Notes: generated from the letters alone by a model not told the origin. Positions 51,261 through 59,602 are shown, counted from the first letter of the stretch. The stretch is 64,000 nt of DNA from Chitinophagales bacterium (GCA_046329515.1 JAXLUM010000001.1:1531247-1595246); one strand, 5' to 3'. Translations and numbers: made by a program.

Positions 51261-51623
51261 ATGAGCGGTATAGAGTTTTATAAAAATCGAGTTTTAAAGG
51301 ATGGTAAAGTTCTTTATGAGTTTAATGAAAACATAGACCAATTACTAGAACTCGATACTTTACTATTTGTGCTGTTGCAAGATCAAAGAGAAAAGATAAA
51401 TAATAGGAACTTGTATTGTATTGACGCAAACGGCAAATTAATCTGGCAGTGTGAAGATATGCTGGCTAATCGTCCGCCTGATAGCTTAGAGCCTCCTTAT
51501 GCCCATTATATTAGCATCTGGATAGAGAATGGTCAACTTTGGGGAAGAAATTATTTTGGTACCCATGACAACCGCTTGGATATTAATACCGGTAAAATAG
51601 TTGAGTCGTATTACATGAAATAG
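51261..51623 (+). CDS. small hypothetical cytosolic protein (array ORF 1)
   Basis: 120-aa ORF in AT-rich DNA, with no signal peptide and no family recognised. Preceded by module R1. Confidence 0.6.
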   Translation: MSGIEFYKNRVLKDGKVLYEFNENIDQLLELDTLLFVLLQDQREKINNRNLYCIDANGKLIWQCEDMLANRPPDSLEPPYAHYISIWIENGQLWGRNYFGTHDNRLDINTGKIVESYYMK

Positions 51624-51660
51624 TTCAACTTAACGTCTAATTCAGCCTTTTCCCTCAGTC

Positions 51661-51744
51661 GCCTAGCCAACGAACCCAAGCAACTTTTACCTACAGCAAA
51701 AGCTGCGTATTTTGTGGTGGTTGTCGGAGCCGAACCCGAGATAG
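51661..51744 (+). repeat. intergenic module R, copy 2 (core 51700-51716)
   Basis: gcctagccaacgaacccaagcaacttttacctacagcaAAGCTGCGTATTTTGTGgtggttgtcggagccgaacccgagatag. It ends 8 bp before the ATG at 51752. Confidence 0.85.
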
Positions 51745-51751
51745 ACTATAT

Positions 51752-52537
51752 ATGATAACCAGTTTTGCACAAAAGAAACTCTTATTCCTTTTTGTTTTAA
51801 TCGCATTATTAACGCAGTGCCGAAACAAAAAAGCAGAAACTTCCTTAGAAGCCGCGGATAATTATTCTATGTATTTGGGCGGCTGGGTGAAGGAGGGATT
51901 TATCACTGATTTAGCTCAAAGTAAATCACCGTTCAAAAGCCGGAAAGAACTTGGGGGTATTTTGGAGTTAAATTTTTTAAGGGATAGTCAAGAATCGGGT
52001 TCAATAAATATTTCATATGGTAATCATGAATCTGGAGACATAAGGTTGATAATGAAAGGCGATTCGAGTTTCCTTTTGGTTCACGATTATTCGGATCTGT
52101 TTAGCGGGGATACAATGATTTATTTTAGGCGCATAAATGACACGATTGAAGTAATATCAAAAAAACAAAAAGTTAGATACATTAAGATATTAAACGAGGT
52201 TAAAAGATTTTCAAATGAAGGCGTATATTGGGTTGTCAATAAAATGCTTTTTCCAGCAGATTATAGAGTTATAAGCGATCAGCATCTAAAGCCCCTGGAA
52301 AAGGTTACTTTTAAGCCAGACGGAACTATTTTAAATTTTCCTCCATATTATAGCTATGAAGTTCATACAGATTTTATTGGGGTTGAAGATACTACAGATT
52401 ATATTTCATTTTTTGATTCGACCGGTAAGGAAAGTGTTTGGCAATATTCAATTAGCGATACTATATATTTTACTAACACCACGGGCCCAAGGTTTTTGCT
52501 TGTGCCTTTTAGTTCAAAGAATAATCCTATTCACTAG
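51752..52537 (+). CDS. hypothetical lipoprotein (array ORF 2)
   Basis: 261-aa ORF with leader KKLLFLFVLIALLTQC. No family recognised. Confidence 0.65.
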   Translation: MITSFAQKKLLFLFVLIALLTQCRNKKAETSLEAADNYSMYLGGWVKEGFITDLAQSKSPFKSRKELGGILELNFLRDSQESGSINISYGNHESGDIRLIMKGDSSFLLVHDYSDLFSGDTMIYFRRINDTIEVISKKQKVRYIKILNEVKRFSNEGVYWVVNKMLFPADYRVISDQHLKPLEKVTFKPDGTILNFPPYYSYEVHTDFIGVEDTTDYISFFDSTGKESVWQYSISDTIYFTNTTGPRFLLVPFSSKNNPIH

Positions 52538-52543
52538 TGTTTT

Positions 52544-52655
52544 TGCCATTGTTAAGAGCCGTGTTCCTACCCCCAATACTTTTACTACAGCAAAAGCTGT
52601 GTATTTTGTGGGGAGTAAGTGCAGCCTATGTGGCGAATGGGAGTATAGGAATTTA
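52544..52655 (+). repeat. intergenic module R, copy 3 (core 52594-52610), with the repeat-A tail tgccattgtt at its 5' end
   Basis: tgccattgttaagagccgtgttcctacccccaatacttttactacagcaaAAGCTGTGTATTTTGTGgggagtaagtgcagcc... Confidence 0.85.
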
Positions 52656-52786
52656 TGAAAGTAAGTCAGGAGTTAGTTTTGTTTTTGGATGAACCCCGGG
52701 GAGGGATGCCGCCACGTATATTTTATGTACGCGGTGAACAATACTAATAGGTTTTTGAAGATGAATATCATAAACTGTTTAGAACG

Positions 52787-53203
52787 ATGATGTCGATAAG
52801 GGAAGGGCGATTTTTGACTTGCCTTATTTGCCTTTTTTTATTCTCTTGCTCAACTGGCTCTAATAATTCTGAAGCAAATCAATCACATCAATTTTTGGAA
52901 TTACTGTATGCTGAGAAATATTCTGAGGCAAGAAGGTTACTTTATCAAACAAATCATGCTTCTTCTGATAACTTTGAAATGTATCAAATAAACAGGTTGT
53001 TGCATCAATATGGTTTCCCTTCATTAAAGGATGCTAAAGTTTTAAATGGCGAAGAAGGTTCGGGCGAAGTTATTGTTAGATATTTTCTTAAACCAGAACC
53101 TAAAACTCTCAAGAAAACTGAGTTTGAAAACATGCGGATAGAAATTGGATTCAATAAGAAATATACCGATAAAATTGTTCATTTCTATTTCATAGAAAAA
53201 TAG
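52787..53203 (+). CDS. hypothetical lipoprotein (array ORF 3)
   Basis: 138-aa ORF with leader FLTCLICLFLFSCSTGS. Confidence 0.6.
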   Translation: MMSIREGRFLTCLICLFLFSCSTGSNNSEANQSHQFLELLYAEKYSEARRLLYQTNHASSDNFEMYQINRLLHQYGFPSLKDAKVLNGEEGSGEVIVRYFLKPEPKTLKKTEFENMRIEIGFNKKYTDKIVHFYFIEK

Positions 53204-53220
53204 GTAGTTGTTTTTTTTGA

Positions 53221-53272
53221 GTTTAGCTTACAGCAAAAGCTGTGTATATTGTGTGGTAGTCAGGGCTAAGCC
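53221..53272 (+). repeat. intergenic module R, copy 4 (core 53237-53253)
   Basis: gtttagcttacagcaaAAGCTGTGTATATTGTGtggtagtcagggctaagcc. It ends 12 bp before the ATG at 53284. Confidence 0.85.
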
Positions 53273-53283
53273 TTTAAATCAAC

Positions 53284-53709
53284 ATGAAAGTCACATTATC
53301 AAATGGTAATTTATTGATTGGGGATGTTCTTTTATGTTCGCGCCAGAGTATCCAACAATGTATATCTGAGATTAATGCAAGAAATTATGATTGTAAATCT
53401 TCCAATGAAAATTTATCTTACAGAAGCTATAATGTTTTAGGCATCCCAGATGAGGGAGAGATGTATAATTTACAATTATACTTTAATAAGGATCAGTTAA
53501 TCTCTATTTCTGTTAGTAAAGATACAGATGATAAAACTTTAGATGAATTTATAAGTAAATCGTTAAAAAGAGTTCAATTCGAAACTTATGAACTACTAAA
53601 AAGAATGCTCAGTGGACTAGATAGATATGAAGGTGAGTGGGGGACTATAGAATATTATTTTGATCCCCGTAGTTTTTCAGTGACTATAGTTGTAAATTAT
53701 AAGAATTAG
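53284..53709 (+). CDS. small hypothetical cytosolic protein (array ORF 4)
   Basis: 141-aa ORF with no signal peptide and no family recognised. Confidence 0.6.
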   Translation: MKVTLSNGNLLIGDVLLCSRQSIQQCISEINARNYDCKSSNENLSYRSYNVLGIPDEGEMYNLQLYFNKDQLISISVSKDTDDKTLDEFISKSLKRVQFETYELLKRMLSGLDRYEGEWGTIEYYFDPRSFSVTIVVNYKN

Positions 53710-53766
53710 ACATTTGCCCAACTGTTCGAAATGGCGCTGCACTTAACACTACGAACAGCGGTTGCT

Positions 53767-54198
53767 TTACTTTAAATGGAGATCTTTTGCAACTTCTTCC
53801 AAATCAGCATCCTCCCAACCGTCTAAACCAGAAATTAATGTTGTTACTCGTTCACTGTCATTGTAAAAAGATAGGGCGTTGCTCTTTTTAAACATTTTGG
53901 CCAGAACAACATGATGCAACTTTACTTTCAAATTATTTTGTGCTATAACCACTGTTTTTCTCATTGAAAGAAAATTCTCCCAGTGTATTTGTACGGAAGA
54001 ATTGCTTATTTCAATTTTAGAAATTCGAAAATTACACAATACATAAACCAAGGCAATTAGGTTAATTGCAAGGATTAAAGGCAAACTTGCATTGCGCACA
54101 AGACAAAAAATGTTCAAGCAGAGAATAGCTATATATGTATATTTATAACGATTTAATTTGCTTATACTAATAGTTTTATTCATAATTCTTCGCTCCAT
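53767..54198 (-). CDS. small two-TM membrane protein (array ORF 5, opposite strand)
   Basis: 143-aa ORF with two adjacent hydrophobic helices (YTYIAILCLNIFCLV..., LPLILAINLIALVYVLC) followed by a soluble domain. It is the only array ORF without an R module upstream. Confidence 0.55.
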   Translation of the reverse strand: MERRIMNKTISISKLNRYKYTYIAILCLNIFCLVRNASLPLILAINLIALVYVLCNFRISKIEISNSSVQIHWENFLSMRKTVVIAQNNLKVKLHHVVLAKMFKKSNALSFYNDSERVTTLISGLDGWEDADLEEVAKDLHLK

Positions 54199-54300
54199 GG
54201 TTTGGGTGCGGCTGCACTAATGTAACTTAAAAGGAGGTTGCCATCCTTCCTGAGCCATTTATTTTTAAATTGTAGCGAATGGAGGCTCTCCCTATAGTTA

Positions 54301-54352
54301 TTCAAAGCTGTGTATCTTGTGCGGGGTAAGTATGATTTAGCTGAGAGGAAAC
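54301..54352 (+). repeat. intergenic module R, copy 5 (core 54305-54321; 5' part missing)
   Basis: ttcaAAGCTGTGTATCTTGTGcggggtaagtatgatttagctgagaggaaac. It ends 10 bp before the ATG at 54362. Confidence 0.8.
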
Positions 54353-54361
54353 TTTGTAGAG

Positions 54362-54751
54362 ATGATCTATAAAATCATTAAGAGCAGAGTTAATTGCATG
54401 AAACAATTGGTGTTTTTGTTGTTGGTTCTTTTATGCGGTTGCACAAACCGTCGCTCGAATCATGTGAACTCTTTAACGCTTCAACCCGGCTTGTATTTAG
54501 AAATTTATAACCCCAGACATTGGGGAGTATATGGCGGGGAAACAGTTACTTATTATCTTACAGACTCGTCTAACTTTAGAAAATTTCTTGGTTACTGTGA
54601 TGAAAAAGAACGGATTGGTGTTGAAATAAATGCGGACTCAGTTACTTGTAAAAAATATTCTACAAGAAATCGTTTTGCAAAAGGCGAAATAGTTATTGAT
54701 AGTTTTAAATTAACGATAAGTGCTCTTAAGAAGGAAATTGATTTTGACTGA
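54362..54751 (+). CDS. hypothetical lipoprotein (array ORF 6)
   Basis: 129-aa ORF. The more likely start is 54398 (MKQLVFLLLVLLCGC). Confidence 0.6.
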   Translation: MIYKIIKSRVNCMKQLVFLLLVLLCGCTNRRSNHVNSLTLQPGLYLEIYNPRHWGVYGGETVTYYLTDSSNFRKFLGYCDEKERIGVEINADSVTCKKYSTRNRFAKGEIVIDSFKLTISALKKEIDFD

Positions 54752-54780
54752 GGCAAATGGCAGATAATTATTCTCCTCCT

Positions 54781-54858
54781 TTGTTAGTGGCCGGAGTAAC
54801 AACCCAGCAAACTTTTACTATAGCAAGAGCTGTGTATCTTGTGCGGGGCAAGCCCAGG
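54781..54858 (+). repeat. intergenic module R, copy 6 (core 54827-54843), not followed by an ORF
   Basis: ttgttagtggccggagtaacaacccagcaaacttttactatagcaaGAGCTGTGTATCTTGTGcggggcaagcccagg. Confidence 0.85.
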
Positions 54859-54890
54859 TAAAAGAGATGGAGTAATAGATAGGCTCTAAC

Positions 54891-54977
54891 TTGTCTAGTC
54901 TTCGACATCCCGAAGCTTCGGGATCAGACTGATAATTGCCATTGTTGCATTGTAGGTTACCTAAGCCGAGAGGAACC
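54891..54977 (+). repeat. repeat A, copy 2, plus an R-type tail (right edge of the array)
   Basis: ttgtctagtcttcgacATCCCGAAGCTTCGGGATcagactgataattgccattgtt carries a perfect 18-bp palindrome where copy 1 has only aagct. It is followed by gcattgtaggttacctaagccgagaggaacc, which matches the tails of R1 and R5. Confidence 0.8.
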
Positions 54978-54998
54978 TTTCTTTTGGTATGTTTCACC

Positions 54999-56417
54999 TT
55001 ATCTTATAGTATTAACACTACCGGCGGCCCACTTGTATCCGGCCTCTGCTTTATAATATTTTGTAAGCAGTTCGGCTGTCTTTATCCGGGCATCTATATA
55101 CCGGGTTTCGCGGGCGTTAACTAAAAACAAACTGCTCTCCCCATTTTCCAGACGTTTTTGTTCGCCATCCAACAATGCCTTATAGCCTTCAACACTACGA
55201 AGGTAAATGGCGGTTTGTTGTTGCAGTGCCAGCAATTCATTAAACCCACTTCTTAGTTTATTAGTAAGTTGTTGGGTTTTTAAATCTAACATGTAATTGG
55301 CCTGCTGCATTTTTAGCTTTACCAATTTCAACTCGCCCCGCGCCTGTATAAACGAAAGCGGCATGGCAAATTGTAAACCGAACTTGTAGTTATTGCTAAA
55401 AATAGGGCCGGCGGGACTCTCAAAACTAAAGCGGCGGCTCAGCAGATTGTATTGTACATTTAATGTAGGCTTCAGGTTTTCAATTTTTAAACGCCTTTCT
55501 ACATCAAGCTGTTTAAGTTTTAAACTGTACAGCGCCAAGCTTGGGTTTATTGTTCGTAAACCGGCGCAAAGTTCTTCAAGCCCTCCAAGGTTAAGGGTGC
55601 TACTCAAAAACGCTGTGTCGGGAATTACAGGTATTACGAGTGTATCAAGCGTATAGGGCTGCCCGTCTTCCTTCCATAAATAATTGCTTACCTGCAGGCC
55701 TGCATTAAGGTAGCGCATTCTTGATTCAACTAACTGCAACTGCCGGGTTTGTAATTGCGTTAAGGCTTCTACTGTATCTATAGCAGGCCTATCTCCCAAT
55801 TCAGCAGCGCGGCGTGTAGCCCAAAATCGTTGTTCGGCAATTTTTACGGCTTCGCGGTAAACGGAATATTCCTGGTAGTAGTAGCTCCACTCATAATATT
55901 CTTTTAGGGCGTCCAATAGTAAATCGTTCAACTGGCTTAGGCGTTCCTGTTCGCTGGCCTGTTGAAATAAGTGCGCCTGCTTTAAAGCCGCCCTCTTTTT
56001 ATCAAACACTAAATTGGCACCCAAGGGCACGTTAACACCAAGGTAGCCTAAGCCGCCATCCGGCAATTTGCGCTCGCTGTTTATATAACTGCCATAAGCA
56101 AAATCGTAGCCTGCCTTTACTTCTACACCGTACCATACCGGAATTTTAACCGCATTTTCGAAATACGAATAGTAGTTGGTGCCGTCAAACGTTTTGCTGT
56201 TATAATCAGAGTATAACAACGGGTCGAATCCACCACGGGCTATTCGTAATTCAGCGCGTGCCTGTTGCGGTAACAAATCAGCCTGCCGCGCTACAGGGTG
56301 GAAGCGTGTAACTGCTGCCATGTATTCATCAACCGATATTATCTTAATACTATCGGAGTTTGCCTTTGTAAACAACAAAGCCGTTGCAAACAGTATACTT
56401 AAATACAATCTCTTCAT
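54999..56417 (-). CDS. TolC-family outer-membrane efflux protein
   Basis: 472-aa ORF with a signal peptide. It shows two-fold internal repeat, coiled-coil-rich OEP-type composition. It is last in the operon with the HlyD and ABC genes (gaps of 3 and 9 bp). Confidence 0.85.
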   Translation of the reverse strand: MKRLYLSILFATALLFTKANSDSIKIISVDEYMAAVTRFHPVARQADLLPQQARAELRIARGGFDPLLYSDYNSKTFDGTNYYSYFENAVKIPVWYGVEVKAGYDFAYGSYINSERKLPDGGLGYLGVNVPLGANLVFDKKRAALKQAHLFQQASEQERLSQLNDLLLDALKEYYEWSYYYQEYSVYREAVKIAEQRFWATRRAAELGDRPAIDTVEALTQLQTRQLQLVESRMRYLNAGLQVSNYLWKEDGQPYTLDTLVIPVIPDTAFLSSTLNLGGLEELCAGLRTINPSLALYSLKLKQLDVERRLKIENLKPTLNVQYNLLSRRFSFESPAGPIFSNNYKFGLQFAMPLSFIQARGELKLVKLKMQQANYMLDLKTQQLTNKLRSGFNELLALQQQTAIYLRSVEGYKALLDGEQKRLENGESSLFLVNARETRYIDARIKTAELLTKYYKAEAGYKWAAGSVNTIR

Positions 56418-56420
56418 AGT

Positions 56421-57770
56421 TTACTTCGTATTGCTTTTGTTGCCGTCATTAGGGGCTTTGTAAAAATCAGGTGGAAAACCATTGAAGTTTCGCCATAGCT
56501 CATACCAAACGGGTACGTCTTTTAGCAGCGCTATTCCTTTAGCACCACCGCCTACTTTCAAAACTTTTGGCCAAGGCATTTCATCAGGGTCTTCGGCTAC
56601 TAATATTCTGAACTTGCCATTAACGGATATGTTATTGTCCACTGCTACCACCTTACCGCCAAATGTTCCGTAGCTAACATTAGGCCAGCCACTAAACACA
56701 ATTGATGGCCAGCCATCGAATTGAAAACGCACTTTTTGATTTTGAGAAATCAACGGCAGGTCCAAAGGGCGCACATACATCTCCACAGCGTATTGGAACT
56801 TTTGCGGCACAATCATTACCAGCATTTCGCCTTCCTTAACTATTTCGCCTACACCGGCGGCAATAGTTTTGGTTATCTGTCCATCCTGCGGGGCCAATAC
56901 ATAATAAAAGCCGCTGCGGATTGCGTAGTTGCTAAACTGATTTTTCAGTTTGGCCACTTCGGCCTCGCCCGTACTTATATCGCCTAACACTGCAAAGCGC
57001 TCCGAACCTATTTTGCTTATCTTTTCACTGTATTCTCTATCCAACTGGTTCACTTCAATCTGCGCGTTCAGTAAATCGTTACCGGCATTCGTAAACTTAT
57101 TTTCAGCAATAAGCTTTTTTGCCTCTGCATTTTGCAGCGCCTGCTTTCGTTGTTCTAATTCGGTTAACGACTTTAAGCCTGCATCATACAATTCTCTTTG
57201 CCGCTTATATTGGTCCTGCGCAATTTTAAGTTCGGTAGCAGCAGCTATCAGGCTCATACTATCATTCTGTACGTAAATCAAAGCCTGCTTCACTTTGTTT
57301 TTAGCCTGTTGCAATTTCAAGTCGCGGGCTTGCATAAGTGCTGTAAGCTGTTGTTGCGTTGTTGCTACTTTATCGCGGTAGAAATCTATGGTTTGTTCTT
57401 TAGCCTTAATTTGCTCTTCCGTACGCTTTAGTAATTCCGGGTCGAGGTAGTTTTCTTTTACCTCTACCAGTTTTAATATAGTGTCGCCTTTTTTTACCTG
57501 GTCGCCCTCACGCACGTACCATTTATCAATACCGCCGGCAATTATGGCGTTTATCTCTTGCGGCCTTTCTTCAGGCGACCTTGTAGTAATTACTCCCGGG
57601 GCAAAAATGGTTTGTGTCCAGGGAACAAACATAAACAGCACCATAATGAACAGTATAGCCGCGAGAACGCGCACCGGCTTTATGGCCTTACTTCCTTCGG
57701 CCACTTTGCGCCAGGAATGCAAATGTTCATTCTGCTGCAACAGCGTTGTACTATCTTTACTAAGCCACAT
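56421..57770 (-). CDS. HlyD-family secretion/efflux adaptor protein
   Basis: 449-aa ORF with a single N-terminal TM (VRVLAAILFIMVLFMFV). It has a lipoyl-like V.EGD.VKKGD motif, a long coiled coil, then a beta-barrel domain. Confidence 0.85.
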   Translation of the reverse strand: MWLSKDSTTLLQQNEHLHSWRKVAEGSKAIKPVRVLAAILFIMVLFMFVPWTQTIFAPGVITTRSPEERPQEINAIIAGGIDKWYVREGDQVKKGDTILKLVEVKENYLDPELLKRTEEQIKAKEQTIDFYRDKVATTQQQLTALMQARDLKLQQAKNKVKQALIYVQNDSMSLIAAATELKIAQDQYKRQRELYDAGLKSLTELEQRKQALQNAEAKKLIAENKFTNAGNDLLNAQIEVNQLDREYSEKISKIGSERFAVLGDISTGEAEVAKLKNQFSNYAIRSGFYYVLAPQDGQITKTIAAGVGEIVKEGEMLVMIVPQKFQYAVEMYVRPLDLPLISQNQKVRFQFDGWPSIVFSGWPNVSYGTFGGKVVAVDNNISVNGKFRILVAEDPDEMPWPKVLKVGGGAKGIALLKDVPVWYELWRNFNGFPPDFYKAPNDGNKSNTK

Positions 57771-57779
57771 ATTTTTGTT

Positions 57780-59507
57780 TTAAAGACTTAAGCGACGAAA
57801 CATTTTTTGAAACTCCGGTGATTTGCTCACCTCATCAAACGGACCAAACTCAATTATCTTCCCTTCATCAAGCAGCATAATACGGTCGCACCGGCGGGCA
57901 AACGCCTCATCATTAGTAACAGCAACAAGGGTGTAAGGGTTGTTTTTTTGTGTAAGGTGTTTAATTAAAGCGTCCTGTTCTTCCAGTTCAAGTGTGCTCC
58001 AGCAATCTTCAAGCAAAAGCAGGCGTGGCCGGTTTAGCAAAGCGCGTGTAACAAGTATTTTGTTTACTGTGTTACGCGGCAGTTTTTTGCCCACTGAATC
58101 AATATTGGTATCTAAACCCGTAGGAAGCGATTGAATAAAGGGAAGCAAGCCGACATCGGCAGATACTTTAAGTATATCTTCTCTGCTGATGTGGTTATTA
58201 CCCATCGTAAGATTTTCATTTAACGTACCGGAAAACAAATCGGCTGATGCCAGATAGACACCAATTTGGCGGCGAACGGATTCAAGGTTATAATCACCTA
58301 AAGGATAGTTGTCAAAAAGTAACTGCCCTTTGTAGGTGGTATAGGCACCTGTAAACAGCTTAAGCAATGTAGATTTGCCTGAACCTTCTGAACCAAAAAT
58401 GCAGACCTTTTCGCCGGCCTTAATTTCGAAGTTTAAGCCGCTTAAAACCCAGGGGTGTTGCGGACCGTTATAGTTGTACCAAATATCTTTAGCTGAAATT
58501 GCAACTCCTTTTGAATCGCTTTCAAGGCTAACTCCGGAGGTTCTTTCCTGTGGTTTATCCAACAGCTTGCTTACCTTCTCAAGTGAAGTAAGCATATCAT
58601 AAACCACATCAAGGCTGTTAATGAGTTTCTCAATGCTGTTTATTAAAACCAGAATTACAATTTCGGCAGCAATAAACTGCCCGAGGTTAAGCTGTTGCTG
58701 AAAAACCAGTAAGGTGCCCACTATAAGTAAGGCTGCGGTTATTATTACTTTAAAAGCAACAAAACTCCAGTATTGAACCTTCAGGATATCGAAGTGGCTT
58801 TTGCGGGCGTCAAGATATCCGCTAACAAGGTTATCGGTTTTGGTTAACGGAAACTCAGTTAACCCCATGAACTTTATGGTTTTAATTGTACGGGCAACTT
58901 CCTCTAACCAAAAGCCTACTTCGTACTTATAGTTTGACTCCTCCAAGCTTGTTTTTATGCCCTGCGGATAGGTGAAACGCAAAATCAATACAATGAGCAC
59001 CACCAGGCCTATACCAAAAAACAAGAAGGCCGCATTGTAAAAGGACAACAGGGCTATACCAAAAATTATTTGAACGCTTGCACCGGGAAAATCAAGTAAC
59101 ACTTTTGATATTCCTTTTTGCAGAGCCGCGGTATCAAAAAAACGGTTTACCAATTCAGGTAAGTAGTAATCATCTACGCCTGCTAAATCTAGCCGAGGCA
59201 GTTTGTAGGCAAACTGCAAACTGTAGCGGGTGAATATGCGGCGCTGAATATTTTCATTGACTTGCATTTGTAAGATCTGAATCCAGCCGTTGGCCAACAC
59301 CCCTAATACCACTACGCCTATTAATACAATTAGTGAAGTAGAAATAACGCCGCCAAAAAGAAGATTGATAATGCTTTGAATGCCCAGCGGAAGGCTAAGT
59401 GCTATTAGGCCGCTGATTATGGCGTAAAAATAAATGGCCGTTATTTCCTTACGCTCAAGGGCAATGAGCTTAAAGAAGCGCTGCAATGGGGTGGTTTGGC
59501 TAATCAT
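57780..59507 (-). CDS. ABC exporter (fused TMD-NBD, no peptidase domain) with a degenerate nucleotide-binding domain
   Basis: 575-aa ORF with a six-helix exporter-type TMD. Walker A is intact (GSEGSGKST). The LSGGQ position reads LPRNT. Walker B and the catalytic residue read LLLLED rather than hhhhDE. The Q-loop and H-loop positions lack Gln and His (YLASADLF; VAVTNDE). Confidence 0.8.
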   Translation of the reverse strand: MISQTTPLQRFFKLIALERKEITAIYFYAIISGLIALSLPLGIQSIINLLFGGVISTSLIVLIGVVVLGVLANGWIQILQMQVNENIQRRIFTRYSLQFAYKLPRLDLAGVDDYYLPELVNRFFDTAALQKGISKVLLDFPGASVQIIFGIALLSFYNAAFLFFGIGLVVLIVLILRFTYPQGIKTSLEESNYKYEVGFWLEEVARTIKTIKFMGLTEFPLTKTDNLVSGYLDARKSHFDILKVQYWSFVAFKVIITAALLIVGTLLVFQQQLNLGQFIAAEIVILVLINSIEKLINSLDVVYDMLTSLEKVSKLLDKPQERTSGVSLESDSKGVAISAKDIWYNYNGPQHPWVLSGLNFEIKAGEKVCIFGSEGSGKSTLLKLFTGAYTTYKGQLLFDNYPLGDYNLESVRRQIGVYLASADLFSGTLNENLTMGNNHISREDILKVSADVGLLPFIQSLPTGLDTNIDSVGKKLPRNTVNKILVTRALLNRPRLLLLEDCWSTLELEEQDALIKHLTQKNNPYTLVAVTNDEAFARRCDRIMLLDEGKIIEFGPFDEVSKSPEFQKMFRRLSL

Positions 59508-59525
59508 AACGCAAGATTACAACTA

Positions 59526-59562
59526 CTTTTTTAAATAATAGTAATACTATTATTTAAAAAAG
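59526..59562. promoter_or_regulatory. perfect 37-bp palindrome (18-bp arms), candidate TetR operator in the divergent promoter region
   Basis: In cttttttaaataatagta-a-tactattatttaaaaaag I checked every one of the 18 arm positions and each pairs. It lies 19 bp from the ABC start (59507) and about 40-55 bp from the TetR start. Confidence 0.6.
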
Positions 59563-59602
59563 TTAAATTATTTTTTGTGATAGCCATTATATCTTTTTAT
59601 TT

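Noticed and set aside
51176-54843. Reading the conserved GTGTATNTTGTG core as a canonical Bacteroidota sigma-A promoter (-7 box TAnnTTTG)
   Set aside because: The core reads TA-NN-TTG, one T short of TAnnTTTG. I could not find a consistently placed -33 TTTG. A promoter or leader role stays possible but is not supported by consensus matching alone.
51083-54977. Calling the array a classical integron
   Set aside because: No intI-type integrase or attI is visible. The module lacks a convincing attC structure, meaning paired RYYYAAC / GTTRRRY core sites with an extended imperfect palindrome. Only the analogy is kept.
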